Shown here: piece after piece, positions 17,396-26,483 of the stretch
How the letters are laid out: every line of letters begins with the position of its first letter
Numbering within the stretch: the first letter of the stretch is position 1
Source of the DNA: Dehalococcoidia bacterium
GTDB lineage: Bacteria > Chloroflexota > Dehalococcoidia > GIF9 > JAUXIO01
Assembly: GCA_030620975.1 (NCBI GenBank)
Contig: JAUXIO010000003.1
Coordinates: forward strand, 1-53,489
Length of the DNA: 53,489 bases
Direction of reading: 5' to 3'
The notes under the pieces: generated by a model
The model's input: the letters and a program-made list of their open reading frames with translations, nothing else
What the model was told of the DNA's origin: nothing
Database searches by the model: none
Program-made: the position numbers and the translations under genes

Positions 17396-18703
17396 TTATC
17401 CCCCCTTTGTCCCCAATGACAAGTTAGAGCAATAAAGATAGGGAAGCCGTAAAACCCCACCAACCCACCGCGATTCTCGCCCCACAGCCACAATCCGCTC
17501 TAGGGCTTCATAAACGTTCCCCGACACCATAGTATCCTTTACCCGCCCCACTATCTCCCCGCCTTTTACCCTGTAGCCCAACAAAGCATTACCACTAAAG
17601 TCGCCAGCAAGCAAATTGCCTTGCTCGGCACCCATGAGTTCCTCAACAATTAAGCCTTCCTTCATATCCGCTACCATGTCTTGGAGGGATACATCTCCCT
17701 CGCCCACTATTAGAGAGCTTGTGCCGGGGCCGGGTAAACCGCCGCGAGCCCGAATGCCACTACCGGTACTCCGCATATTAGCTAAGGCCGCCGTTTGCAA
17801 GTCATATAAGAAATTCGATACCACCCCCTCACCAACCAGCAGCGTAGATTGGCTTGGCACTCCCTCATCATCACAAGGGCGACTGGCGACATGATAGGGC
17901 AAAATGGCATTATCCCATAACGAAAATTTTTTATCAAAAACCCTCTCCCCTAACTTGCCTCTCAGAGGTGATGCACCTTCAAGCACCATTTTGCCATTAA
18001 AGGCGGTGACCAAGGGGGCCACTAAAGCGCTAGCTACCCCACGCGGAGTAAAGATTACCGGTGATGACCCGGTTGATGCGGTAGCCTTACTCCCAGCTAG
18101 TTCTAGCTGCTTAATCACTCTATCGGCTACAACATTAAAATCAACTAAAGGATGACAGGAACTTTCACCATCGCCGACAAAAAGCATATCAGTATCATGA
18201 ACAACCAAGCCTTCCAAGTTTAGAGATGAGAGGCTTTTGCAATAACTCGCTTCCCCGCCTTTGGAGTTGAGGATATTAAAGAAGACAACTTCTTTGGTTA
18301 CGTCTGCTTCACAAAGAATGTCAGGAGTATGCTCTCTCACCCTGGCCACAAGGCGCCCACCAAGCTCTACCATCTTTTCCACAGCCAACTTGTCTGTCTC
18401 GGGATCAAATACCTCAACTTGAGGATAAGCCGCTGAAGCTGGAAAACTGAAATTGGCCGGGGCGCCAAACTGAGATGTATCTAATGCCATGTCAAGCAAA
18501 GTTTGGGCATTGACACAGCCAGTAGCTACCGAAAAGCCAATCCTGCCCTGCTTAATAATTCGCAAAGCGATGCTGACATGCTGTTTATTCTGAATTTGTT
18601 TCAGATGATTAGCTTCAAAATGAACAAGCGTTCTTTCTGAAGAGACCCGGAAAACTTCAGCTTCATCAGCTAACTCTCTAGCTTTAACTAAAAGTTGCTC
18701 CAC
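17396..18703 (-). CDS. pmbA: TldE/PmbA family protein
   Basis: PCDDEGVP, FLYDLQTAA, GDFSG, GRVKDTMVSGN; no HExxxH motif; coupled to tldD. Confidence 0.88.
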   Translation of the reverse strand: MEQLLVKARELADEAEVFRVSSERTLVHFEANHLKQIQNKQHVSIALRIIKQGRIGFSVATGCVNAQTLLDMALDTSQFGAPANFSFPASAAYPQVEVFDPETDKLAVEKMVELGGRLVARVREHTPDILCEADVTKEVVFFNILNSKGGEASYCKSLSSLNLEGLVVHDTDMLFVGDGESSCHPLVDFNVVADRVIKQLELAGSKATASTGSSPVIFTPRGVASALVAPLVTAFNGKMVLEGASPLRGKLGERVFDKKFSLWDNAILPYHVASRPCDDEGVPSQSTLLVGEGVVSNFLYDLQTAALANMRSTGSGIRARGGLPGPGTSSLIVGEGDVSLQDMVADMKEGLIVEELMGAEQGNLLAGDFSGNALLGYRVKGGEIVGRVKDTMVSGNVYEALERIVAVGRESRWVGGVLRLPYLYCSNLSLGTKGG

Positions 18704-20061
18704 TACCTGCCTCCCACGAGACAGCGGCGAATCCTAATATGTGGGCTGCCGTTAGACACGGGTAATGGCACCTGTTCCCCCTTACCACAACCACCTCCCT
18801 GATTCATGTGCAAGTCATCGCCAATGGCGTCTATATTGTCAAGAGTAACAAAAACGTTACCGCTAAGCACCGTTGGGCGTAATAACTCAGCCAATCTTCC
18901 CTTGCGAATCATGTAAGCCTCGCCCGCAGAAAAGGTAAACATTTCCAGGCAGGTCATGCCTCCATACCAATCCTTAACGTAAACCCCCTCTCTTATCCCA
19001 CTGAGCATTTCCTCAAAGGAGACCGAACCAGGTTCAATATAGGTATTAGTCATCCGCACTATAGGCGGGAAAAGATAGTTTAGAGCTCGGGCATTACCTG
19101 TAGGTTTTTCTCCCATTTTAGCCGCCGTCTCTCGAGAGTGAAGCCTTCCCTCCAGAATACCCTCCCGAATGAGATAAGTTTTGGTTGCAGGCACGCCTTC
19201 ATCATCATATTTATAGCTGCCCCGCAACCCGGGTACAGCAGCGCCATCAACGATATTGAGATGTTTACCACCAAATCTTTTGCCTAAAACCATGACTTCG
19301 AGTAGTTGCCGATTCTCATAAACGAAATCTGACTCAGATAGATGTCCAAAGGCCTCATGGGCAAAAACCCCAGCCAAAACCGGGTCCAAAATAACTGTAT
19401 ATTCCCCCGCTTTCACCTGCGCCGCAGAAAGGAGGTCAACTGCCCGCCGTGCCATCTCCCCCACCTGGTCATGCAAACCCTCTATGTCCGCAAAGTTGCC
19501 GCTGCTGCCCAGACTCAAACTGGCCTGCTGAACCTCACCGTTCCCCCGAGCTACAGCTAATAACCGCAGGCTGATGCCTGCTTTGCCCTGTTCTATGTAG
19601 GTGCCCTCGGAATTGACAAAAATGACCCTTCGATTACTGTCACGGTAATTAATGTTCGAAGTCTGGACCTTCGGAGTACTTAAAATAATATCGTTATACT
19701 CACCAAGAAGTTGCTTCTTTACAGTTAGTGATACAGTTGCCGCATCCTTCTCTGCCTCCACGTTTACCGTATCCACCACAGGTTCTACAGAGGCTAATTT
19801 GCTGACTTCCCCGCCCACGAGCCTTGCCTGTTTTACCGCCAGCTCCACCTTATCCCATAGTCCATTAAGCTCATTAAAGCTAACAAAGCCCCAACCACCG
19901 TTGACTAGGGCCCGAATATTGCCGCCTTTACTAAAGCTTCTCTCCATCTCATCCAGTCTCTTCCCCCGATAGATAATGCAAGTAGACTGGCCCTGCTCCA
20001 GGCGAACCTCAACATAATCAGCGTTATGCCCCTTTAAGGCCTCAATGAGCTGCTGACGCAT
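18703..20061 (-). CDS. tldD: TldD metalloprotease
   Basis: GVFAHEAFGHLSE, YDDEG, RMTNTYI, GCGK, GSPH. Confidence 0.93.
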   Translation of the reverse strand: MRQQLIEALKGHNADYVEVRLEQGQSTCIIYRGKRLDEMERSFSKGGNIRALVNGGWGFVSFNELNGLWDKVELAVKQARLVGGEVSKLASVEPVVDTVNVEAEKDAATVSLTVKKQLLGEYNDIILSTPKVQTSNINYRDSNRRVIFVNSEGTYIEQGKAGISLRLLAVARGNGEVQQASLSLGSSGNFADIEGLHDQVGEMARRAVDLLSAAQVKAGEYTVILDPVLAGVFAHEAFGHLSESDFVYENRQLLEVMVLGKRFGGKHLNIVDGAAVPGLRGSYKYDDEGVPATKTYLIREGILEGRLHSRETAAKMGEKPTGNARALNYLFPPIVRMTNTYIEPGSVSFEEMLSGIREGVYVKDWYGGMTCLEMFTFSAGEAYMIRKGRLAELLRPTVLSGNVFVTLDNIDAIGDDLHMNQGGGCGKGEQVPLPVSNGSPHIRIRRCLVGGR

Positions 20062-20185
20062 AAATCTCCCATCGTAAATTGAGTATAAGCCAAAATGACG
20101 GCAACAAGCTTGCCACTTTATAAGCTTCTAAGCGACTTTATTATAATACCACCCGAAGAAGCTCTCGTCTAACCTTGCCCTATGA

Positions 20186-21517
20186 TCAGCTCACCTCCAG
20201 ATATTTGGTAGCATAATCCAAAGCTTCTGCCACTACAAACAGAGAGCCAGTGACGCAAATGAGGTCAGCCTTCTCCGCCATCGCCACAGTCTGAGATAAC
20301 GCATCAAAAACATTTTCAACAACTTTCACCTCAACACCGCACTTGGTAAACTCTGCAGCTATCACCGAGGGAGAAGCTGCTCTGGGATGAGAAGAACGTG
20401 TAACGATAACCTGAGAGGAAAAAGGTGCCACCTCCTTTACCATGCCCGCTATGTCCTTATCACAAGATGCTCCGAAGATAAGAAGGCATCGAGTATAATC
20501 AAAATATTCCTTAATAGCTTGCTTCAGCCTCGCTACCGCATGAGCATTATGCGCCCCATCCACCACCACCATCGGTTGACGACTCAAAACCTGAAGTCGA
20601 CCGGGCCAGCTCACTCGGGCAAGACCTCGACTAATATCCCCTGTTGCCACCTTAACCCCCGAGGAAGCTAGAATTTCCAGAGTGGTGACCGCGGTCACCG
20701 CATTTTCCAACTGATGGTCACCAAGGAGGGGGATGGTAAGTTTATAATTGCCCAACTTTCCGCCGACTATAAAGGATTGCTGATAAAGGTCAGCACTCAC
20801 CTTATGCCAAGTAACTTCCTCAGCCACTTGAAGCAGCTTTGCCCCTTGTCTGTGACAAGCTTCGCTAATTACTTTGCTGACCTCTGGAAATTGCGGAGCG
20901 CTGACTACGATGCAACCAGGTTTAATGATACCCACCTTTTCAGCAGCTATCCCAGCTAAGGTATCACCTAGAACCTGCGTATGGTCCAAGCTGATAGAGG
21001 TAATGATGCAGACCTCGGGCCTAGCTACATTAGTGGCATCAAGCCTTCCCCCCAAACCCACTTCCAGCACCTGAAAATCCGCCCGCTTCTTTCTGAAATA
21101 AGCAAAGGCCAGAGCGGTCAATACTTCAAAAGTAGTCAGCCGCCCATAAGAAGCCTTGTAATTTATTGCCTCAATCTCAGGCTGAAGCTCACTTACCAGA
21201 TTGGCGAACTCTTCTTCAGAAATTAAGTCTCCGTTAACCTTAATGCGCTCCCTCAAGGTATGAAGATGTGGAGATGTGAACAAGCCAGTTTTGTAACCTG
21301 AGGTGCTTAATACCTCAGCGACCATGGCAGCGGTGCTTCCCTTCCCATTGGTGCCGGCAACGTGAATTGTTTTTGCCACCAAGTAAGGGTTCCCCAACCT
21401 CCGTAAAAGGGCTTCCACACGCCTTAAGTCGTAATTGGCTGAAGTATAATGACTTCCCGGTATCTTCTCATAATCGGTGAAGTTTAAAATATAATCTTCA
21501 GCCTGTCGGTAGTTCAC
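20186..21517 (-). CDS. folC: Folylpolyglutamate synthase/dihydrofolate synthase
   Basis: HVAGTNGKGST, FTSPHL, EVGLGGRLDATN, WPGRL, DGAHN, TGSLF. Confidence 0.96.
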   Translation of the reverse strand: MNYRQAEDYILNFTDYEKIPGSHYTSANYDLRRVEALLRRLGNPYLVAKTIHVAGTNGKGSTAAMVAEVLSTSGYKTGLFTSPHLHTLRERIKVNGDLISEEEFANLVSELQPEIEAINYKASYGRLTTFEVLTALAFAYFRKKRADFQVLEVGLGGRLDATNVARPEVCIITSISLDHTQVLGDTLAGIAAEKVGIIKPGCIVVSAPQFPEVSKVISEACHRQGAKLLQVAEEVTWHKVSADLYQQSFIVGGKLGNYKLTIPLLGDHQLENAVTAVTTLEILASSGVKVATGDISRGLARVSWPGRLQVLSRQPMVVVDGAHNAHAVARLKQAIKEYFDYTRCLLIFGASCDKDIAGMVKEVAPFSSQVIVTRSSHPRAASPSVIAAEFTKCGVEVKVVENVFDALSQTVAMAEKADLICVTGSLFVVAEALDYATKYLEVS

Positions 21518-21630
21518 TTCCTCATCCTCAAGCCTTCACATTATACTACTTATGCTGGCCGGCAAATTCAAGCAGCTTTAACTTTGGTGCTTCGTCTGAT
21601 ATCATCAGCTATTAGAGAAGGGAATAGAAA

Positions 21631-22449
21631 ATGGCAGTGAGATTCATTGATAAACTGCTTGGAACCACTCGACAGAATAATAGCTTGCTCTGCATTGGAC
21701 TAGATCCCGACCTAGACCTCCTGCCCAAAGTAAAGGCTCTGGACTTTAACAAGGCGATCATTGATGCTACCGTTGATTTGGTATGTGCTTATAAGCCCAA
21801 TCTTGCCTTCTACCAAGTGTTGAGCAGTAAAGGTATCAGTCTCCTAGAGAGCACCATCAAATATATACCAGAAGGCATACCAATAATCTGCGACGCAAAA
21901 TATGGTGACATAGGTAACACGGCTAAAGTCTATGCCGAAGCCATTTTCTCCACTCTTGGCTTCGATGCGGTGACGATTAATCCCTACCTTGGTTTAGACT
22001 CAATAGAGCCCTTCATCAATTACAGAGATAGAGGAGTGTTTGTTCTTTGTCGAACATCAAACCCCGGAGCCGCAGATTTTCAGAGCCTTTCTTGTGCTAC
22101 CAACTTAGCCTTATATGAAGTAGTAGCCCAAAAAGCCAAGGAATGGAACATTTACGGCAATATTGGTCTAGTAGTTGGGGCTACTTACCCTGAAGAGTTA
22201 AGGCAAATCCGCCAGCTTTGTCCCGAAATGCCCCTGCTAATTCCCGGAATTGGTGCCCAGGGTGGAGACTTAACTTTGGCGGTTAGCTACGGTGTAGATG
22301 CTCAAGGGGAAAAGGCAATCATCAACGTTTCAAGACAAGTCCTTTACGCCTCTCAAAAAGAGGATTTTGCCGAAGCGGCTCGACACCAAGCTAAGCAACT
22401 GCGAGACCAGATTAACTCCTGCCTAGCTTCTCGCTCAGAGGTAAAATAA
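21631..22449 (+). CDS. pyrF: Orotidine-5'-phosphate decarboxylase (subfamily 2)
   Basis: [43 protein letters not shown]. Confidence 0.96.
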   Translation: MAVRFIDKLLGTTRQNNSLLCIGLDPDLDLLPKVKALDFNKAIIDATVDLVCAYKPNLAFYQVLSSKGISLLESTIKYIPEGIPIICDAKYGDIGNTAKVYAEAIFSTLGFDAVTINPYLGLDSIEPFINYRDRGVFVLCRTSNPGAADFQSLSCATNLALYEVVAQKAKEWNIYGNIGLVVGATYPEELRQIRQLCPEMPLLIPGIGAQGGDLTLAVSYGVDAQGEKAIINVSRQVLYASQKEDFAEAARHQAKQLRDQINSCLASRSEVK

Positions 22450-22450
22450 T

Positions 22451-22636
22451 ATGGACATAAAGTTAGGCGATGTGGTTCGCTTGCGTAAGAAGCACCCTTG
22501 TGGTAGCTACGAGTGGCAAGTAGTGAGATTGGGTGCCGATATTAGCATAAAATGCCTCAGGTGTCAAAGGCAAGTCCTATTGGAAAGAAGCGTTTTTGAG
22601 CGCCGAGTTAAAGCTGTGACCCCCAGAATCAAGTAA
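22451..22636 (+). CDS. DUF951 family small protein
   Basis: [26 protein letters not shown] pattern. Confidence 0.88.
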   Translation: MDIKLGDVVRLRKKHPCGSYEWQVVRLGADISIKCLRCQRQVLLERSVFERRVKAVTPRIK

Positions 22637-23841
22637 TGGTTCGCTATATTTTGCACGTCGATTTAGACGCCTTCTTTGTCTCCGTGGAACAAGCGCTTAA
22701 CCCGGAGCTTAAAGGTAAACCAATGGTGGTGGGTGGACATCCCAACCGCCGCGGCGTAGTGGCTTCGGCCTCCTACGAAGCTCGCACCTTTGGCGTCCAA
22801 GCCGGTATGCCTTTAACTGCTGCCCGTCGTCTCTGCCCACAAGCCATTTTCCTACAGGGTAATCCATCCCGATATCGTGATGCCTCGGTCAAATTCATGG
22901 ACATCTTAGCTGACTTCTCTCCCTCCCTAGAGCCCGTGGGAATAGACGAGGCGTACCTTGATGCTACTGGCTGTGAGCCGATTTGTGGCACCCCACAGCA
23001 GTTGGCACTGAAAATTAAGGAACGCATCAAAAATGAAATTAACCTTACTGCTTCAGTGGGTATCGCCAGTTGCAAGGTGGTGGCCAAAATTGCCTCCGAC
23101 CTGTGCAAGCCAGACGGCTTGCTCCAGGTAACCACAGGGCAAGAGGCCATTTTTTTAGCTCCTCTCCCCATAGCCAAGCTGCCCGGAGTAGGTAGAAAAA
23201 CGGAGCAAGCATTGAAAGAGATGGGTATAACTACCATTGGCAACTTGGCAACTCTCCCCTTAAAGGTAGCCAAGAGGTACTTTGGCGCCGCCGGAATAAC
23301 AATTCACAATTACGCCAATGGCATAGATAATCGTAAAGTACAGGCGCCAGGTGAGGCTAAATCCATCAGTCGAGAAATTACCTTCGCCCAGGATACCGTG
23401 GACGCTCACTTTCTTAAAGCCGTTCTCCATTACTTATGTGAGCGAGTTGGCAGTGAGCTACGCCATCAAGGCAGACAAACCAAGTGCTTAACCCTAAAAT
23501 TAAGATACGCCGATTTTGAAACAACTACTCGCCGGCTCAGCCTAAGAGAAGCTGCCGATGCCGACCAAATTATCTTTGCTATGGTACTCCAATTGCTCGA
23601 TAAAGCTCTGGCTCAAAAACAGAACTTGGTACGCCTCATTGGCATTGAAGTATCAAATCTAAGCACAGAAGGGAAGCAGCTCCACATGTTTGATCTGGCG
23701 AGGCAAAGGTTGGAATACTTAAATAAAGCCATTGACCGCATTCGTCGAAGGTATGGCTTTGCCTCCATACAGAGCGGTTGGACGCTGCCTCTCAAAGAAC
23801 TTTTGCTTCAGACTAAGCCAGAGCCCCGACCGCTCAAATAG
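22636..23841 (+). CDS. dinB: DNA polymerase IV (Y family)
   Basis: HVDLDAFFVSVE, ASYEAR, GIDEAYLD, AKIASD..KPDG, KLRYADF. Confidence 0.96.
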   Translation: MVRYILHVDLDAFFVSVEQALNPELKGKPMVVGGHPNRRGVVASASYEARTFGVQAGMPLTAARRLCPQAIFLQGNPSRYRDASVKFMDILADFSPSLEPVGIDEAYLDATGCEPICGTPQQLALKIKERIKNEINLTASVGIASCKVVAKIASDLCKPDGLLQVTTGQEAIFLAPLPIAKLPGVGRKTEQALKEMGITTIGNLATLPLKVAKRYFGAAGITIHNYANGIDNRKVQAPGEAKSISREITFAQDTVDAHFLKAVLHYLCERVGSELRHQGRQTKCLTLKLRYADFETTTRRLSLREAADADQIIFAMVLQLLDKALAQKQNLVRLIGIEVSNLSTEGKQLHMFDLARQRLEYLNKAIDRIRRRYGFASIQSGWTLPLKELLLQTKPEPRPLK

Positions 23842-23843
23842 AC

Positions 23844-23872
23844 TTGTTTTTGTCTAAGCTGAAAGCTATAAT
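23844..23872 (+). promoter_or_regulatory. sigma70-type promoter for ilvE-plsY
   Basis: TTGTTT-17 bp-TATAAT; strong GGAGG Shine-Dalgarno downstream. Confidence 0.55.
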
Positions 23873-23917
23873 TCAGCTTAATTTTCGCAAAATAAAGTTG
23901 GGGGAGGAGAACAACTG

Positions 23918-24871
23918 ATGCCCGCTTATGCTTTTTTCAAGAAGCAATTCATGCCTCTTTCTGAAGCCAAAATTAGCATTCTGACCCACGCTTTTCATTA
24001 CGGCACCGCCTGCTTCGATGGCATCCGCGGCAACTGGAACGGTGAGCAACAGCAGCTCTATCTCTTTAGGATTAACGACCATTATGAGCGCTTGCTCAAT
24101 GGCTGCCGCTTGTTAAAAATCAAGCTTCCTTACTCGGTCGCTGAGCTTTCCCAGATAACGATTCAACTAATAGAAAAGAGCGGTTACCGCGAAGATGTTT
24201 ACATTCGCCCCTTAGCCTATAAGAGTTCCGAGGCGATAGGAGTTCGCCTACACGACCTAGAGGACGATTTTCTCGCTATTGCCACTACTCTGCCCCCTTA
24301 CCTTGATACCGAAAAGGGCACCCGCTGTGGCACTTCCTCATGGCGGCGCATTGATGACACAATGATTCCAGCCCGGGGAAAGATTACCGGCACCTATGTA
24401 AACAGCGCTTTGGCTAAAACTGAGGCCTGGGAAAACGGCTTTGATGAGGCAATACTGCTGACCCACGATGGGCACGTTTCCGAAGGTAGCGGTGAGAATA
24501 TCTTCCTGGTTCTGGGAGGAAAGCTGGTCACGCCGCCAACATCTGACAATATCCTTATGGGCATTACTAGAGATACAGTTATGAAAATAGCCAAGAAGGA
24601 GCTGGGCATAGACACTGAGCAAAGGTCCATTGACCGCAGTGAACTCTATATTGCTGAAGAATGTTTCTTAACCGGTACCGCCGCCCACATTAGCCAGGTC
24701 ATTGAAATCGACCATCGCCCTGTAGGTAACGGGAAAACTGGCAAAATAACCGCGGAGTTACAAAAAATCTATTTTGAAATAATACAGGGTAAGAACCCGA
24801 AGCACATCCATTGGTGCACTCCAGTTTATGTTAAACAGGTAGCAACACAGCATAGTCAGAGCCAACAATGA
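23918..24871 (+). CDS. ilvE: Branched-chain amino acid aminotransferase
   Basis: HAFHYGT, YIRP, GKITGTYVNS, EGSGENIF, GITRDTV, TGTAA. Confidence 0.95.
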   Translation: MPAYAFFKKQFMPLSEAKISILTHAFHYGTACFDGIRGNWNGEQQQLYLFRINDHYERLLNGCRLLKIKLPYSVAELSQITIQLIEKSGYREDVYIRPLAYKSSEAIGVRLHDLEDDFLAIATTLPPYLDTEKGTRCGTSSWRRIDDTMIPARGKITGTYVNSALAKTEAWENGFDEAILLTHDGHVSEGSGENIFLVLGGKLVTPPTSDNILMGITRDTVMKIAKKELGIDTEQRSIDRSELYIAEECFLTGTAAHISQVIEIDHRPVGNGKTGKITAELQKIYFEIIQGKNPKHIHWCTPVYVKQVATQHSQSQQ

Positions 24872-25467
24872 GTGAGGTTATTAACTCAGCTACGGTTATC
24901 GCCATTGCCTATCTGCTCGGCTCCATACCTTCAGCTTATATCATTGGGTGGCTGGCTAAAGGAATAGACATTCGGAAGGTGGGCGATGGCAGAATAGGGG
25001 CTTCAGCCACTTTCCACAATATAGGCATCCTTTGGGGCATTCTAGTTGGCTTTACCGACTTTAGTAAAGGTGCGGTGGCCATTCTTATCGCCAAGAGTAT
25101 GACAGTCCCTGAGCCCATCGTCCTCTTGGCGGGATTAATAGCCATAATAGGACACGACTGGTCAATATTCCTGCACTTTAAAGGTGGCAAGGGGGCCGCT
25201 ACTACCGGGGGAGTGCTCTCCGCTTTAATGCTCCGAGAGTTACTTATAGCTCTTTCCTTAGTAGGCGTGCTATTCTATTTCACCCGACGAAGTACCCTTG
25301 CCACTGCCATCACTCTCAGCTCGCTTCCCCTTCTGCTTTTTGCATTGCCTTTCACCGAAGCATCAGGTTTATTGGTATTCTATGCTCCCATGCTTGGCAT
25401 CCCCATGTTTATCAAGCACCTCTCCATGCCTAAGCCAACTGAAACCGAGATAAGGGAATCATGGTAG
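24868..25467 (+). CDS. plsY: Glycerol-3-phosphate acyltransferase
   Basis: AYLLGSIP, DIR..GDG.IGA, GHDWSIFL.FKGGKGAAT; multi-pass hydrophobic. Confidence 0.92.
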   Translation: MSEVINSATVIAIAYLLGSIPSAYIIGWLAKGIDIRKVGDGRIGASATFHNIGILWGILVGFTDFSKGAVAILIAKSMTVPEPIVLLAGLIAIIGHDWSIFLHFKGGKGAATTGGVLSALMLRELLIALSLVGVLFYFTRRSTLATAITLSSLPLLLFALPFTEASGLLVFYAPMLGIPMFIKHLSMPKPTETEIRESW

Positions 25468-25524
25468 AACATCCATATAACCTTAAGAGCTAAAAGAGGT
25501 CTTAACTGGGACATCAGGCCATGA

Positions 25525-26091
25525 TCAAGAAATATTTCCCACATTCAACGCTTTAACCAAATAAAGAAGGCGACAGCTGGCTTCCAGGGCAGTGGTATAT
25601 TCAAAGGCTTCTTCCAGCAATTGCCCAGCGGCAAAACTTCCGTGGCCTCGCACCAAAACAACCTTATATCCTTTCAGTGCTTCAGCTATTTCCTCGGCAA
25701 GTTCTCCGGGCTTTATCCCCCCACCCCCAGCTAAAATTGGCACCTTGGACAATAGAAGACGACCTTCGACATCGCGGGGAACAATCTCCTCTTCCATGAA
25801 GGACAAGGCAACAGCATGGGGTGGGTGAGCGTGAACCACAGCTAACGCCGGGGTTTGCCTATAGATCGAGCGATGGACTCTTAACTCCGTTGAGGCTAAA
25901 GGCGTCGCCCGGTCATTCTTGTTAATCCCAGTTTCTACTAGATCCTGCTCCCGCAAACAGCCCAACATACTATTACGATGGGTAATAAACAGCCGCTCTC
26001 CAAGTTTAATGCTGAGATTGCCGCTATGAGAGGAGACAAGCCCCTGAGCAAACAGGTCTCGCCCCACAGTTTGGAATTGGGACAGAATCAT
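25525..26091 (-). CDS. Class II aldolase/adducin family protein (fuculose-1-phosphate aldolase-like)
   Basis: SGNLS, STEL.VH..IY, VHAHP, GHG. Confidence 0.9.
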   Translation of the reverse strand: MILSQFQTVGRDLFAQGLVSSHSGNLSIKLGERLFITHRNSMLGCLREQDLVETGINKNDRATPLASTELRVHRSIYRQTPALAVVHAHPPHAVALSFMEEEIVPRDVEGRLLLSKVPILAGGGGIKPGELAEEIAEALKGYKVVLVRGHGSFAAGQLLEEAFEYTTALEASCRLLYLVKALNVGNIS

Positions 26092-26160
26092 CGCTTTCTC
26101 TGCAAATCTCCTCTATGCTTTGGCTAGCTTCTCACCAACGCCCAGAATGATTACGCCGTA

Positions 26161-26466
26161 TTAATCTTGAACCTCAGGCTTACCCGTTTCAATGCCCCCC
26201 GAAGGCAAGGCCACATTGAGTTTCTTCATTAAACGAGACTTAAGCCGAGCTGCTTTATTACTGTGAATTACTCCTTTCCCAGCCGCTTTGTCTATAGCAC
26301 CTATGGCCTTTGCCACAGCCAATTGTGCTGACTCCAACTCACCCGCGGCAATAAGCTGTTTACATTTGGTTCTATAAGTTTTAACAGCGCTACGGACTGA
26401 TTTATTACGGAGTTGCTTTCTTTGCGCCGAACGTGCTACCTTTTTGACTGATTTAGTAACTGGCAA
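26161..26466 (-). CDS. rpsT: 30S ribosomal protein S20
   Basis: RNKSVRSAVKT, IDKAAGKGVIHSNKAARLKSRL. Confidence 0.97.
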   Translation of the reverse strand: MPVTKSVKKVARSAQRKQLRNKSVRSAVKTYRTKCKQLIAAGELESAQLAVAKAIGAIDKAAGKGVIHSNKAARLKSRLMKKLNVALPSGGIETGKPEVQD

Positions 26467-26483
26467 TTCTACCTCCTGCTTAC

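Noticed and set aside
21518-23841. LexA box or pyrimidine attenuator for pyrF-DUF951-dinB
   Set aside because: I found no GAAC-N4-GTTC and no PyrR-type hairpin upstream.
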